A DNA stretch of 62,544 bases, the filler included, from Nemertoderma westbladi (taxonomy: Eukaryota; Animalia; Xenacoelomorpha): NCBI GenBank assembly GCA_032718475.1. It is 3 parts of 3 records of this genome, joined end to end, with 100 filler letters (N's around TTAATTAATTAA, not from the genome) between each part and the next. Parts side by side here need not be neighbours in the genome. Positions count along the whole stretch, not along the records: positions 25,745 to 54,281 come from JAUCBJ010005011.1; 2 more parts are not named here. The stretch is one strand, 5' to 3'. The translations under genes and the position numbers were made by a program. Positions 35,134 to 49,108 of this stretch are shown here, one piece after another (positions within the stretch are counted from its first letter, which is position 1; every line of letters begins with the position of its first letter). The notes beneath the pieces were generated by a model, which was given only the letters and a program-made list of their open reading frames with translations, searched no databases and was not told the DNA's origin.

Positions 35134-36562
35134 TGTGGACAAGCTCACAACCAAGGGATCTGTGGACGTACTTCTTCATTAAATATCTAGAGAACTATCC
35201 AATGAAAATCCTTCAAATTTTCAAATTAGCTTCCTAATAAGTAATGGGAAATGTTTGCTTTTCAAAATTTAAAATTTTTCCAATATTTCAAAAATCATTA
35301 TTTTACATTCACTGTGCGGACATTGCTTTTGGTGACGTCATAATTATGTGTGTTGTGCCTCAGGGTGTTAGTGATGTCCACAAACCCCAACTGGGGACAA
35401 GACACCTACGAAAATTAATGTCCACATTCCACAACTAGTGTAACACACAGTATATGGGAAAGGAAACTGAAATGCTTTGTTTTTATGCAACTTCATGGGT
35501 ATGATTAAAGTAATTCGATTACTTGGTCAGGTCAGTCCATAGAGATAATGTTCTTTTATTGTTTTTATACACTCGTGAATAATTATTGTAAAAGTTAATA
35601 TTTCCCTATTAGTTACCTAAGGACTACTTGTGGTACAAGTTCCCTTAGTTTACTCAGTTACTACTGTATAACAATGGGTTATCATTTAGTCGATAGAGAT
35701 AGCCCTGAGCAATCCCGCCTGTAAGCAATGCATACAAGTTAGCATTAGCAATTTGTTTTGAAAATACTTGGAGTCTCAAGAAATATACCGTAATACTGCC
35801 ATCACTGCTAAAAAAAAATTTTTTTCTGCGGGAAGACTAATTAATTTTAGGTTGTATATAAATACAAATAGAGTGGCGCACAACAATTAATGATATAACT
35901 CTTATCATTCAATTATATTAATTATGAATTTTATGCTTTAAAATCATTTGGACCCTTCTACAGTACGTATTGTAAGAGCAATAGACGCTAAGAATATATA
36001 GTAAATTAACGAGAACACACCGTTCTAAATACTGTCCATTGCGCACATCTGGGGACATTAGTTTTTGTATTGTTTTTCTGCAGGCCACACGGTATGTAGT
36101 TGCAATGGACATTAAGAAGATTTTTTATATATTGACGAAAACACACCGTTCTAAATACTGCCCCTTGCGCATATCTGGGGACATTAGTTTTATTAGGGCT
36201 GGGAGTATTATATTAGGTCCTACGTATAGTTGCAATGAATGTTAAGAATATTCAATATATTAGCAAAAACATACCTTTGAAAATACTGTCCTTTATGCAC
36301 ATCTGGGGACATTAGTTTTTGTATAGGTAAGATAGGCTCTATACGTGCACCATGTCCTGGAATATAGTGTCGTCATTCAGGCACCTGACCCCCCCCCCCC
36401 CCCCCCCACCCCTCCCCACCAGGGTTTTTTATAAATATGTTAGGGAAATTTATAAATGAAAATAGCAATTTCTAAATTTTTATACTTGTTTAGAAATTGG
36501 TCACATAGTCTAACCAATTCGCGCGGGAAGGTTTTAAACTTTACATGCATTTAACTCAGAAT

Positions 36563-36910
36563 ATTATTTCTCATTTTTTCCTTCACTCAAAACATATCTA
36601 CACCGTCATTTTTTAATGAATTCGTTTGAAATTTTCAGTGAATGGTCTTGACATATTCATATATTGGCCATTGATCAGAAGACTAATGTTAACTAAAAAA
36701 ATGAAAAAAATATTAACTAAATTGTGTTTTATTTTTGGCCGATATTTTTTCAGATTATCGGCTCAAAACATAACTTACACTCGAAATGTCAAAATTCTGT
36801 CTACAAGAATTATTGGTTAATGTCAAGACCATTCACTGAAAATTTCAAACGAATTGATTAAGAAATGACGGAGTAGATCGATTTTTAATGAAGGAAAAAA
36901 TGAGAAATAA
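36563..36910. mobile_element. Palindromic MITE-like element
   Basis: TTATTTCTCATTTTTTCCTTCA...AATTCGTTTGAAATTTTCAGTGAATGGTCTTGACAT mirrored by ATGTCAAGACCATTCACTGAAAATTTCAAACGAATT...TGAAGGAAAAAATGAGAAATAA. Confidence 0.8.
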
Positions 36911-36913
36911 TAT

Positions 36914-37699
36914 CATCGCCCTGCTCTCTAATACGCTAGCAGATGCACAGCTTCTACTAAATAAAGTGGAGAGGGCTGCTAAGGAGGTTGGATTGCATAT
37001 AAATGCTACCAAGACCGAATTCATGACCTTTAATGTTGATGGAAACTTGACAACCATTGGTAATAATCAACCAAGGAAGGTTGACGACTTCCAGTACCTC
37101 GGGTCATGGATAGAGAGTAGCAAAAAGGACATAGAAGTTAGGAAAGCAAAGGCTTGGGTAGCTCTATCAAAAATGGATACCATCTGGAAATCAGATCTCT
37201 CCAGGCACCTGAAGACTATCTGGAAATCAGATCTCTCCAGGCACCTGAAGACTAAGTTCTTTCGAGCCACAGTGGAAAGTGTATTTTTATATGGGGGTGA
37301 GACCTGGACACTGACTAAATCACTTGAACAACGAATTGATGGTTGCTACACAAGACTACTAAGGGCAGCCCTAAACATCAGCTGGAGACAACACATGACA
37401 AACGCCGAGCTTTATGGTACAATACTACATGTATCAACCACCCTCCGTGAACGCAGATTAAGATTCAGTGGGCACTGCTGGCGAAGTAAAGACGAGGTCA
37501 GACCAGATCTACTTTTCTGGCAACCAACTCATGGGAAGCGTAGTCGTGGACGACCGGCCATAACATATATAGATCAACTTGAAAGGGATACTGAACTTGG
37601 GAGAAACGAAATTGCGACAACTGTGGAGAATCGGGAAGCCTGGAAGGATCTCATTTCCACTGTCCGAGTTCGCTCGACCTAGTAGTAGTAGTAGTAGTA
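36914..37699 (+). mobile_element. 5'-truncated RTE-clade LINE with (TAG)n tail
   Basis: IALLSNT...GLHINATKTEFM...FQYLGS...LYGGETW...RRLRFSGHCWR...GRPAITYIDQL...W; near-identical to 58738-59480; 36-bp tandem duplication (TIWKSDLSRHLK x2). Confidence 0.9.
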
Positions 37700-39599
37700 A
37701 CATTCATTGCAACTATACGTAGGACCTAATATAATTCTCCCAGCACTAAAAAAACTAATGTCCCCAGATGTGCGCAAGGGACAGTATTGTAGGAATGGTG
37801 TGTTTTCGTAAATATATAAAAAATTGTCTTAATGTCCATTGCAACTACATACCGTATGGTCTGCAGAAAAACAATACAAAAACTAATGTCCCCAGATGTG
37901 CGCAAGGGACAGTATTTGGAACGGTGTGTTTTCGTTAATTTATTATATATTCTTAACGTCCATTGCAATTACCTACATAAGTAGAACGTAGGGCATAATA
38001 TAATACTCTCAGCACTAAAAAACTAATGTCCCCAGATGTGCGCAAGGTACAGTACACTATTTAGAATGGGTGTGTTTTCGTTAATTTATTATAATGTCTA
38101 TTTCCACTACAGTACGTAGAAGGGTCTAAAAAATTAAAGCTATAAAATTCGTGATATATTCAATATAATTGAATGAGGTGAATGTAATTTGAATGATAAG
38201 AGTTATATCATATATCGTTGTGCTCCACCTTATTTGTATTTATTTTAAACATGAATTTAATTAGTGCCCCCGCAGAAAAAAAAGTAGCAGTGGCCGTATT
38301 ACGATATTTGTCCACATATTTTTAAAAAAAATTGCTACATGCTTGTATGCATAGTGCATGCGGGATTGTTTAGCACTATCGACTAAGTGAAAATCCATTG
38401 TTATAGTAACTGAGGAAAGTTGCACCATAAGGGGTGCTTAGGTAACTCATAAGGAAATATTAACTTTTACAATTATTCACGAGTGTATAAAAACAATAAA
38501 AAAACGTTATCTAGGGATTGCCTGAGCTGCATTGTCTCAAAGACACACCTGACTAACTAATCCATAAATAATTGAACATAACACATAACAAACTTAATTT
38601 CAACCACATACCGGGGTCGTTAAAAATTAAGCTCACTGGGGACATTGTGACGTCACAAAATGACGTAGATAATGTGATACTTATCACTGTTATAGTGGGG
38701 ACATCAATATTTACACCCCATACACACCGAACACATACTAGTGCGGCTTTACACAAACAAAGTGGGGACAAAAAGGTGAAATTTCATATTTAGACTAATT
38801 TGGCAATGAAGATTTCGAATTTCCAGTCAGAACGTTCTGGGGACGTCCCCAGTTCGCGAAAGGTCCCCAGAACGTGGGTATTGTATGGCACTTACGTCCA
38901 CAGTATGTAGCGTTAACCAGTGCACACGCCCTAAAACATATATACCCCCCCTTTGAGATTCACTAGTTACTAGCTTACTTTAGATTGCTTTTCAGTAGGA
39001 TTCTATTCTGCAGTTCTACCATTCGTAGTTTGTAAATTTAGTAGATATTGATATTTAGTTTTACGGCAAGGGAGCATTTACTTATTTGACTGTTTTTATC
39101 TGCAAACAGTATTGTTACTTTAGGCACTACCCCTTTTGACTGATTGGTACTGTCAGTATTGTTACGCTAGTCTGTTAATCCACTAGCTCGTATATAAACC
39201 ATATAAATCACACCGCGGCAAGTTTACGGTATTTAGGTCCGTTAGCGATAGTTAGGATTCGCTGCGCGGGGATTGTTTTCCCGTGAGTTTGGTCTGTAAC
39301 CGTAGACTGTACATCTGCCTCACCGGTTAGAGGCCGGGTATCCTGTTTTGTCTAGTTCGCCCGGGCATTTGACTCGCCAACGTATTAGAATAGACACCAG
39401 GCTCCGTTCCTCGCCAGTAGTAGTTTGTGTATTTAGTATCTATTTATTTAGACACCCTAGACTGGGATTTATTGTCAGATACTGTACGAGCTCGTATACA
39501 CTACTAGATCTTACAGTATGATACATCGTTACTAGGATCCAGTAGGCGGTATACTACTGGAATTTTCAGGTTTCACGATTGACGGTATTGTATGGTGTA

Positions 39600-39965
39600 T
39601 TTTTTTTATTTTTTGACAGACAGACCGAAAGAAACATAGACAGACGGACAGAGGGGATAATAATCCGTAAATCACAGAAACTGATAACAAAAATGAAATC
39701 ACCGACCAGGAAAACCTCATAGCGAAGCGTTTAGTTAGGTCTGGTGTATTTTATATATTTTGAGAGACAATGAAAGACAGACAGACCGACAGACGGATAG
39801 ATGGACGCAGACAGGACGATAATCCGTAAATCGTAGAAACTGATATCAGAAATGAGATCACAGATCAGGAAAACCCCAAAACGAAAGCTTTAATTAGGTG
39901 TGGTGAGATTTTTATACTGAATTTTCACAAATAGACCAAGAGACAGACAGACGTCAGTCTGTCTA
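39600..39965. repeat. Two ~180-bp tandem units with (GACA/GACG) microsatellite
   Basis: GACAGACAGACCGA...ATAATCCGTAAATC...GAAACTGATA...CAGGAAAACC...TTAGGT occurs twice. Confidence 0.7.
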
Positions 39966-40153
39966 ACTAGTCAAAGTCTTAACTAGTCACCCAAAAAATG
40001 GTTGAACATCACTGGATAATTTGTATTACAACAAATAGGCAATGGTGCAACTGCAGTATGACTGTCACCAAATATCTTTAATAAACAAAAAATTATGCAT
40101 CTATAGGCATAATGTACCTTCACCACCATATAGTAGTTGATTTCCAGCGCATT

Positions 40154-40819
40154 TTAGCGGCTAAAAACTCCAAGAAATAGGATTCCTACTAGAAGAAAGG
40201 TCGGGTAGACATTCTCGGATCCGCTTTCTGTTGTGGTTTCCAAAGCAACCCCGCTGGTGGTTTTAACTAAGACGTCATCCTCCCACGTCACAGATGGGCA
40301 TACACTGCCGGTACCATTGCAGCATTGCAATTGACAGGACCTGCCTGTCTCTACTGCAAAAGAGCCTTCCACCCACGAAGTAACCTTTAAGAGAAGCTCC
40401 AAATTGAGTTCCACACTACTGTGATCTACGCCTGGTTGAGAAGCCATCTCGAATTGGAGAGTGCAAACTTCTTCGTTTAGCTCTAAACACTTGTCCCAAC
40501 AGAATATCGACGACTTATAGAATTTAACCTCTCTCTTATCTTGGAATGAATCACTCGGAATTCCCGAGAATCTGAAATGCAGGAGAGCGCAGTAACTGCA
40601 GTTTACATCTATACGGTGTGTTTCGTTGAACAATTTATCGTTCTGTACAACTACGAGGTTATACAAGGCATCTGTAAAAAAGTTTTTTAGTTCCTCGCTC
40701 TCTGACTTTATGAAAACTGATTCCCGAAGTTCACATGTGAAGCCAAAACAAATAGTTACATAAAATGATGATAAAACAATGGCTACCGGTATTATAATTG
40801 CCATTTTTGAATATTCCAT
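40154..40819 (-). CDS. Single-exon Cys-rich secreted, probably GPI-anchored surface protein (221 aa)
   Basis: Hydrophobic N-terminus (IIIPVAIVLSSFYVTICFG), about 10 Cys in the mature part including CCN, N-glycosylation sequons, Thr-rich stalk, ESGS followed by a hydrophobic C-terminus with no cytoplasmic tail. Confidence 0.7.
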   Translation of the reverse strand: MEYSKMAIIIPVAIVLSSFYVTICFGFTCELRESVFIKSESEELKNFFTDALYNLVVVQNDKLFNETHRIDVNCSYCALLHFRFSGIPSDSFQDKREVKFYKSSIFCWDKCLELNEEVCTLQFEMASQPGVDHSSVELNLELLLKVTSWVEGSFAVETGRSCQLQCCNGTGSVCPSVTWEDDVLVKTTSGVALETTTESGSENVYPTFLLVGILFLGVFSR

Positions 40820-42021
40820 TTGTTTAAGAACCGAATCTCAAATGTTTTGACTCTTTGGCCCCATCACCTCGACCATTTACTTATTAATATTGTGATTCCC
40901 CTTTCATGTATTGCTAGGTTATATATTATTTCTTGTCTTCATAAATATAAATTACTAAATTTCAACGGCAACCCCGAACAATCTAAGTTGCAATGAGTGG
41001 ATTGTTTCTCCTTCACCTTATTGAAAATTAAGAATGAATTATGGTATAGATAAATTAAATAGAAATATAGATTAATAATAATATATATAAATTTATTAAG
41101 ATATATACTACTTCTACTACTGCTATTAGCATGCTGCATTGCAGCTGTATTATATATATTACATGTATATTAAGAATGATGTGCCGGCTTTCGACAAAAG
41201 TGCACCGCCACAATGCCTATACTCATGACATTTAGAGGCCAGAGTGCTTTACTTTAAATGGCGTCTCAAAAAAGACATAATTATAATTTATTTAGTCAAA
41301 CAATAAATTGTAACAAATTAGTTACGGGATGGAGTTTTAAGCAATAAACAAAGCGGCCAACGGAAGGGAAGCCAACCCAGATTGGCAACCCAAAACAACA
41401 ATGGTAGATTTAGTCAACACTAAATCTATTACACCGGTAAGGGGAACAATCTCACTTTTAATCCACACGGGGAGCTCAGGTGCAGTATAGTCCATGTAAC
41501 TACAGAGAAAGTCAGGTTTGGTAGCTGGACATTAATCAGATGAAACAAATGCTGGGCCAATCAGAGCCTCAGGTTTGGAAAGGCCCGTAGTATGAATATT
41601 AGTTATGAGTATATAATATGCTGTATCCTCATTATTAAGCAGTTGTGTGAGCAATTAGATAGAAAGTAGCGAACTAATTTGAACAGGTCAGTTAGCAGCA
41701 ATTAAGAATCAATTCGTACTGTTATTTTATCCAACATCAGTTTAATATTCAGGTATGTTTACTACTTTATTATTATCAACGATCAATATACATATTATAG
41801 TCTACAGAAACATCAAACTCGTTATTCAACAGCATGAACCATCCATACCTGGCTGGCCGCGTAGTCATACAAGTTCACGCTTACGGTATGGTGCGCATTC
41901 ACACAACTCTGCTACACCGTAACAGTACAAATTAGTTATAATCTACTGACAGTACGGAAAACGAGAGCGGGCGAGTAAAGATGGAAATCCAAAGATCGGT
42001 AGATACTACTGCCAGTGTAGG

Positions 42022-45000
42022 TCAGTATAGTATCATTATTTGGGGAAGTACATATAATTCCGTTTTAAATCCTTTGCGTATTAACATAAATAAACTTATA
42101 AGACTTATTACTCATAGTCACTACCTCACATCCTCACTCCCATTATATAGAAACCTTAATATACTTCCGGTAGATTCATTATATAAACTTGAAATTAATA
42201 AATTTATGTATGACATTCATAATTATTATATTTATTCCCCTGAAATCTACCACCTTTTTAAGAGAACATCAGATGTCCATCCATACATCCGTACATCCAT
42301 ACATCCGTACATCCATACATCCGTACATCCGTACATCCGTACATCCATACATCCATACATCCGTACATCCATACATCCATACATCCGTACATCCATACAT
42401 CCATACATCCATACATCCGTACATCCGTACATCCATACATCCGTACATCCATACATCCATACATCCATATATCCGTACATCCATACATCCATACATCCAT
42501 ACATCCGTACATCCATACATCCGTACATCCATACATCCGTACATCCATACATCCGTACATCCATACATCCGTACATCCATACATCCGTACATCCATACAT
42601 CCATACATCCGTACATCCATACATCCATACATCCATACATCCGTACATCCGTACATCCATACATCCATACATCCGTACATCCATACATCCATACATCCGT
42701 ACATCCGTACATCCATACATCCATACATCCGTACATCCATACATCCATACATCCGTACATCCATACATCCATACATCTGTACATCCATACATCCATACAT
42801 CCGTACATCCGTACATCCATACATCCGTACATCCATACATCCATACATCCATATATCCGTACATCCATACATCCATACATCCATACATCCATACATCCGT
42901 ACATCCATACATCCGTACATCCATACATCCGTACATCCATACATCCGTACATCCATACATCCGTACATCCATACATCCGTACATCCATACATCCATACAT
43001 CCGTACATCCATACATCCATACATCCATACATCCGTACATCCGTACATCCATACATCCGTACATCCATACATCCATACATCCATATATCCGTACATCCAT
43101 ACATCCATACATCCATACATCCATACATCCGTACATCCATACATCCGTACATCCATACATCCGTACATCCATACATCCATACATCCGTACATCCATACAT
43201 CCGTACATCCATACATCCGTACATCCATACATCCGTACATCCATACATCCGTACATCCATACATCCGTACATCCATACATCCGTACATCCATACATCCAT
43301 ACATCCATACATCCGTACATCCATACATCCGTACATCCATACATCCGTACATCCATACATCCATACATCCATATATCCGTACATCCATACATCCGTACAT
43401 CCATACATCCATACATCCATACATCCGTACATCCATACATCCATACATCCGTACATCCATACATCCATACATCCGTACATCCATACATCCGTACATCCAT
43501 ACATCCATACATCCGTACATCCATACATCCGTACATCCATACATCCATACATCCGTACATCCATACATCCGTACATCCATACATCCGTACATCCATACAT
43601 CCATACATCCATATATCCGTACATCCATACATCCATACATCCATACATCCATACATCCGTACATCCATACATCCATACATCCGTACATCCATACATCCGT
43701 ACATCCATACATCCGTACATCCATACATCCGTACATCCATACATCCGTACATCCATACATCCATACATCCGTACATCCGTACATCCATACATCCGTACAT
43801 CCATACATCCGTACATCCATATATCCGTACATCCATACATCCATACATCCGTACATCCATACATCCGTACATCCATACATCCGTACATCCATACATCCAT
43901 ACATCCGTACATCCGTACATCCATACATCCGTACATCCATACATCCGTACATCCATACATCCGTACATCCATACATCCATATATCCGTACATCCATACAT
44001 CCATACATCCATACATCCATACATCCATACATCCGTACATCCATACATCCATATATCCGTACATCCATACATCCATACATCCATATATCCGTACATCCAT
44101 ACATCCATACATCCATACATCCATACATCCATACATCCGTACATCCATACATCCATACATCCGTACATCCATACATCCGTACATCCATACATCCGTACAT
44201 CCATACATCCGTACATCCATACATCCGTACATCCATACATCCATACATCCATACATCCGTACATCCATACATCCATATATCCGTACATCCATACATCCAT
44301 ACATCCATACATCCATACATCCGTACATCCATACATCCATATATCCGTACATCCATACATCCATATATCCATACATCCATATATCCGTACATCCATACAT
44401 CCATACATCCATACATCCATACATCCGTACATCCATACATCCATACATCCATACATCCGTACATCCATACATCCGTACATCCATACATCCGTACATCCAT
44501 ACATCCATACATCCGTACATCCGTACATCCATACATCCGTACATCCATACATCCGTACATCCATACATCCGTACATCCATACATCCATACATCCGTACAT
44601 CCGTACATCCATACATCCGTACATCCGTACATCCGTACATCCATACATCCGTACATCCATACATCCGTACATCCATACATCCGTACATCCATACATCCAT
44701 ACATCCATACATCCGTACATCCGTACATCCGTACATCCATACATCCGTACATCCATACATCCGTACATCCATACATCCGTACATCCATACATCCATACAT
44801 CCATACATCCGTACATCCATACATCCATACATCCGTACATCCATACATCCGTACATCCATACATCCGTACATCCATACATCCGTACATCCATACATCCGT
44901 ACATCCATACATCCGTACATCCATACATCCGTACATCCATACATCCATACATCCGTACATCCGTACATCCGTACATCCATACATCCGTACATCCATACAT

Positions 45001-45975
45001 CCGTACATCCATACATCCGTACATCCATACATCCATACATCCATACATCCGTACATCCGTACATCCGTACATCCGTACATCCATACATCCGTACATCCAT
45101 ACATCCGTACATCCATACATCCGTACATCCATACATCCATACATCCGTACATCCATACATCCATACATCCGTACATCCATACATCCGTACATCCATACAT
45201 CCGTACATCCATACATCCGTACATCCATACATCCGTACATCCATACATCCATACATCCATACATCCGTACATCCATACACCCATATATCCGTACATCCAT
45301 ACATCCATACATCCATACATCCATACATCCGTACATCCATACATCCATATATCCGTACATCCATACATCCATATATCCATACATCCATACATCCGTACAT
45401 CCATACATCCATATATCCGTACATCCATACATCCATACATCCGTACATCCATACATCCATACATCCATATATCCGTACATCCATACATCCATACATCCGT
45501 ACATCCATACATCCATACATCCATACATCCGTACATCCGTACATCCATACATCCGTACATCCATACATCCATACATCCGTACATCCATACATCCATACAT
45601 CCGTACATCCATACATCCATACATCCATACATCCATACATCCGTACATCCATACATCCATACATCCATACATCCGTACATCCATACATCCGTACATCCAT
45701 ACATCCGTACATCCATACATCCATACATCCATACATCCATACATCCGTACATCCATACATCCGTACATCCATACATCCGTACATCCATACTTAACACGTT
45801 CTGCCTCAAACAATTATTTATTTATCCCAAGTGTTAGACTAATAATGGTTCCTAAGCAATCTATCAGATAACGGGGCCCATTTAATTGGAACAATTTAGG
45901 TGTAAAATTTCAAGGTTGTTAAAGTAAGAAAAAATTCGCATCAAAAATTAAAAAATACTTATTCTCAGAGACTGA
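42022..45975 (+). mobile_element. CR1/L2-type LINE 3' fragment split by a satellite expansion
   Basis: QYSIIIWGST...KLIRLIT.SHY...PLYRNLNILPV...KFMY...DVHPY | LTRSASNN; homologous to the C-terminus of the LINE at 53100-54281. Confidence 0.85.
42278..45790. repeat. 3.5-kb 8-mer satellite (CATCCATA / CATCCGTA), about 440 units
   Basis: Perfectly phased 8-bp period with A/G variants and occasional ATATCC units. Confidence 0.99.
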
Positions 45976-46059
45976 GAACGCTTAGTAGCACTAGTCTGAT
46001 TGCTGATTGGCTTACAATAAACTCGGTTTCTGGGCCACTCACGATCCTCACTGTTTTTA

Positions 46060-48130
46060 GAACTGTGGGGCGAGCGACGAAAGTAAGCGAGCTTAGCATA
46101 CAGGTACCGCTAACTCAATCGGTGTGTCTGTTGATCTGTTGTGGGGCGAGCCACGAAGTGAGTGAGCCTTAGTGTAGGGGTACCATTAATCAACCTGTCG
46201 TTCTGTCGCTTTTTTTGCAGTGTTCAATTTTAAACGTTAATAACTCGGCCAATCTTCGATGAAATCTATCCAAACTTGGTACACATGTTGTTTGGCAAAA
46301 GTTTATAGAAATTTTCCAAGTTGAATTTCCGTGTGGGGCAAAAGTTTAGAAATTTTCCAAGTTGAATTTCCGTGTGGCCTTCGAGAAGCTAAGATAATAG
46401 CAGTTAATTAGTTAATTACGATGATTACGGTGAAAACACCATTTTCAACCTGCCTTTTAAAGGAAATTAATTATTTTACAGTATAAGATTTAAATAATTA
46501 TACTTAAAAACTATACAGATGTAATCCACATACCCCATTCTATTATAGTTTTTAATTAGTTCAAGTGATTTGCTTTAATAAATGTGTCTTTAATTGATCT
46601 AAACGTAATTAAACGGCACAATTATTGAGTACAAATTTAATCCTGCCCATTATTGGTCAAGTCTCTGCTGGTGTGGAGCTACCTGGCTGGGAGTTGTTGC
46701 TGTAGACTAACCAGAGAGGAATTGTAATAGGCAACCAGTATTGCTATTCCAGCCCAGACAGTATTCTTTAAATCCCACATCCCACCATCCTTCATGTATT
46801 CCAATTCCTATTGACTCTACTATAAATGTTGTATTGCTATCTCAGGTAAATGACAGATATAATAACATAAATACAATCCATGGCATGGCTGTTGTGTAGG
46901 CTTATATCTGAAATAGTTTACTCCACAATGTATATGTCTGGTTATTTTTTAATTGAATTTTTGCAAAGTAGTAAAATTAATGTTCTTAAAAATAATATTA
47001 TTATTTTATATGTAACCTAGGAAATTAGCTACAATTTTTCGCTTTAAGCTTTAAGAGTGTACATTGATTTAATATTATTGCAATACCTATGTATTTCTAC
47101 ATCGGCATACAATGCGTTGGCGTATCACACATCTCCGCATAGATGCATCAGCAGTTACTCGCACAGTTTCGAAACTTCGCATAGTTATAACTGTATAAAG
47201 GTCGTCAGTCTGCGTTTAGGAAAAATATTTTATGACAAAACAGGACGAGCGACGAGCGCAACGAGGCATATAATGAAGACGAGTACTGCGTAGACTATAT
47301 TCCTATAAACCATACCTGGCTTCGCCTATTGAAGGCATCGGTAGTTATAAAGATCGTCCCGTCAGTCTGCGTTTAGGAAATATGTTTAAATACAAAACAC
47401 GGACGAGCACAACGACGTTTATAATAATGAAGACGAGTACTGCCTACTGCGTTGATTATATTCCTATAAACCATACCTTGCTTCGCCTATTGAAGGCATC
47501 GGTAGTTATAAAGTACTGGTGGGTGGGAAGGGTGGGGGGGGGGGGGGGTGCAGATTAAAAGGGGTGAACACCTACTGTTCCCCTTTCTTTGATTGATTGG
47601 TGGTGTGGGTAAATTTCTCAAAACCTGATTTTATGATTCTGTCGCTCAATTTTAATCTGTATCTGATAACTGAGCCTCGTCCTGCGCGATGGCCCCACGA
47701 ACGTGTTCTGTGGGGCGAGCGACGAAAGTATGCGAGCTTAGCATACAGGTACCTCCAACTCAATCGGTGTGTCTGTCGTTCTGTTGTGTTCAATCTTAAA
47801 CGTTAATCAAATGTTAATGAAATTTAACCAAACTTGGTACACATGTAGTCTGGCAAAAGTTTAGAAATTTTCCAAGTTGAATTTCCGTGTGGCCTTCGAG
47901 AAGCTAAGATAATAGCAGTTAATTAGTTAATTAAGTTGATTAGGGTAAAAACAGTATTTTCAACCTGCCTCTTAAAGGATATTTATTAATATCTAGTATA
48001 AGATATAAATAATTATACTTAAAAATTATATAACCTGTATTCCCCATACCCCATCCCATTATAGGTTTTAATTAGTTCAAGAGATTTGCTTTAAGAAATG
48101 TGTTTTTAATTGATCTAAACGTAATTAACT
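46060..48130 (+). repeat. Two dispersed copies (~46060-46612 and ~47707-48130) of a non-coding interspersed repeat, possibly Helitron/Helentron-derived
   Basis: Shared TGTGGGGCGAGCGACGAAAGTA.GCGAGCTTAGCATACAGGTACC...CCAAACTTGGTACACATG...GATCTAAACGTAATTAA; related head at ~23763. Confidence 0.7.
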
Positions 48131-48755
48131 TATCAAAATGCCACCGTATCTTTATACAGCTTCCTCATTCATTGGCATGCTTGATATTACCTAGCCTATC
48201 TGCTGGCGCTGGGAACCAGTCCAACCACATCAGCACTACTTGGCAACGGGTAATTACATCAATAGGACATAGCCACTACAGTAGTGAAGTCAGCTTGTTT
48301 TATCTGCCTTTCATTAATCCTCTGTGCTCCTTTGGGTTGGGGTGGTGCAGATTAAGAGGGCGGTTGAAGCGGGGGGGGGGGGGGGTCTTTCTTCTCTTTA
48401 TTCTTATTGGTTTTGGTTAACTTTTCTTAATTATTTATTTAAATTTCTTAAGTACCGATTTTGGGATAGAAGTGCACAATTTTAATCTGTATCTAATAAC
48501 TGAGCCTCGTCCTGCGCGATGCCCCCACGAACGTGTACTGTAGGCATATGTGTGAGCTGTAAACAAAAGCTAGAATGATCTCTCACTATGATTTTACAAG
48601 TTAATTTAATATATTTCGATGAAACTTGCTGACAGAAGTGAGTTGGGTCGTATAGATGCAAAGGGAGAACGGAATTAAAAACAGACAGAAAATTATCTGT
48701 AAACAATTTAAATTAAATTAAAGTTAGAAATAAATACGATCTAAAACTAATGTCT

Positions 48756-49108
48756 TTAAATTTACATTGCACTATAATAATAATAATAATAACATATTTA
48801 ATTTGGCTGTAGCCGTAGCCCATTGTATATATCATATACTGTACGTACACTATTGTACTGTACAGTACAGTGTCAGTATACAGTAGGCGTATTGATTACT
48901 ACCCTGCTGAGCACTCCGTTTTCGCCATAAAGATAATGTTTGCTAAAAAAAACGTAATGTGTGCTCAGCAGGGTAGTCATCAATACTCCTACTGTATACT
49001 AACACTGTACAGTACAATAGTGTACGTACAGTATATGATATATACAATGGGCTACGGCTACAGCCAAATTAAATAACTTATTATTATTATTATGCAATGT
49101 AAATTTAA
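48756..49108. mobile_element. ~350-bp palindromic MITE-like element with TTAA ends
   Basis: ~150-bp near-perfect inverted arms around a 46-bp spacer. Confidence 0.85.

Larger units (their letters stand above)
35545..38505. mobile_element. Foldback-like structure: long imperfect inverted arms (~35545-36243 and ~37698-38505) with internal subrepeats
   Basis: TTTATTGTTTTTATACACTCGTGAATAAT...GTAAAAGTTAATATTTCC is mirrored at 38454-38500; three GCACATCTGGGGACATTAGTTTT subrepeats on each side in opposite orientation. Confidence 0.75.

Noticed and set aside
38906-39515. Solo LTR or hAT element (TGTA...TACA, internal TATATAAA, ACAGTATG on both sides)
   Set aside because: Termini and flanking duplication do not give a consistent TSD or TIR, and there is no second copy in the window
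41981-45871. Five ORFs of about 1200 aa (HPYIHTS / MYGCMDVW repeats)
   Set aside because: Artefact of a stop-free 8-bp satellite that is open on both strands; not evidence of a protein gene
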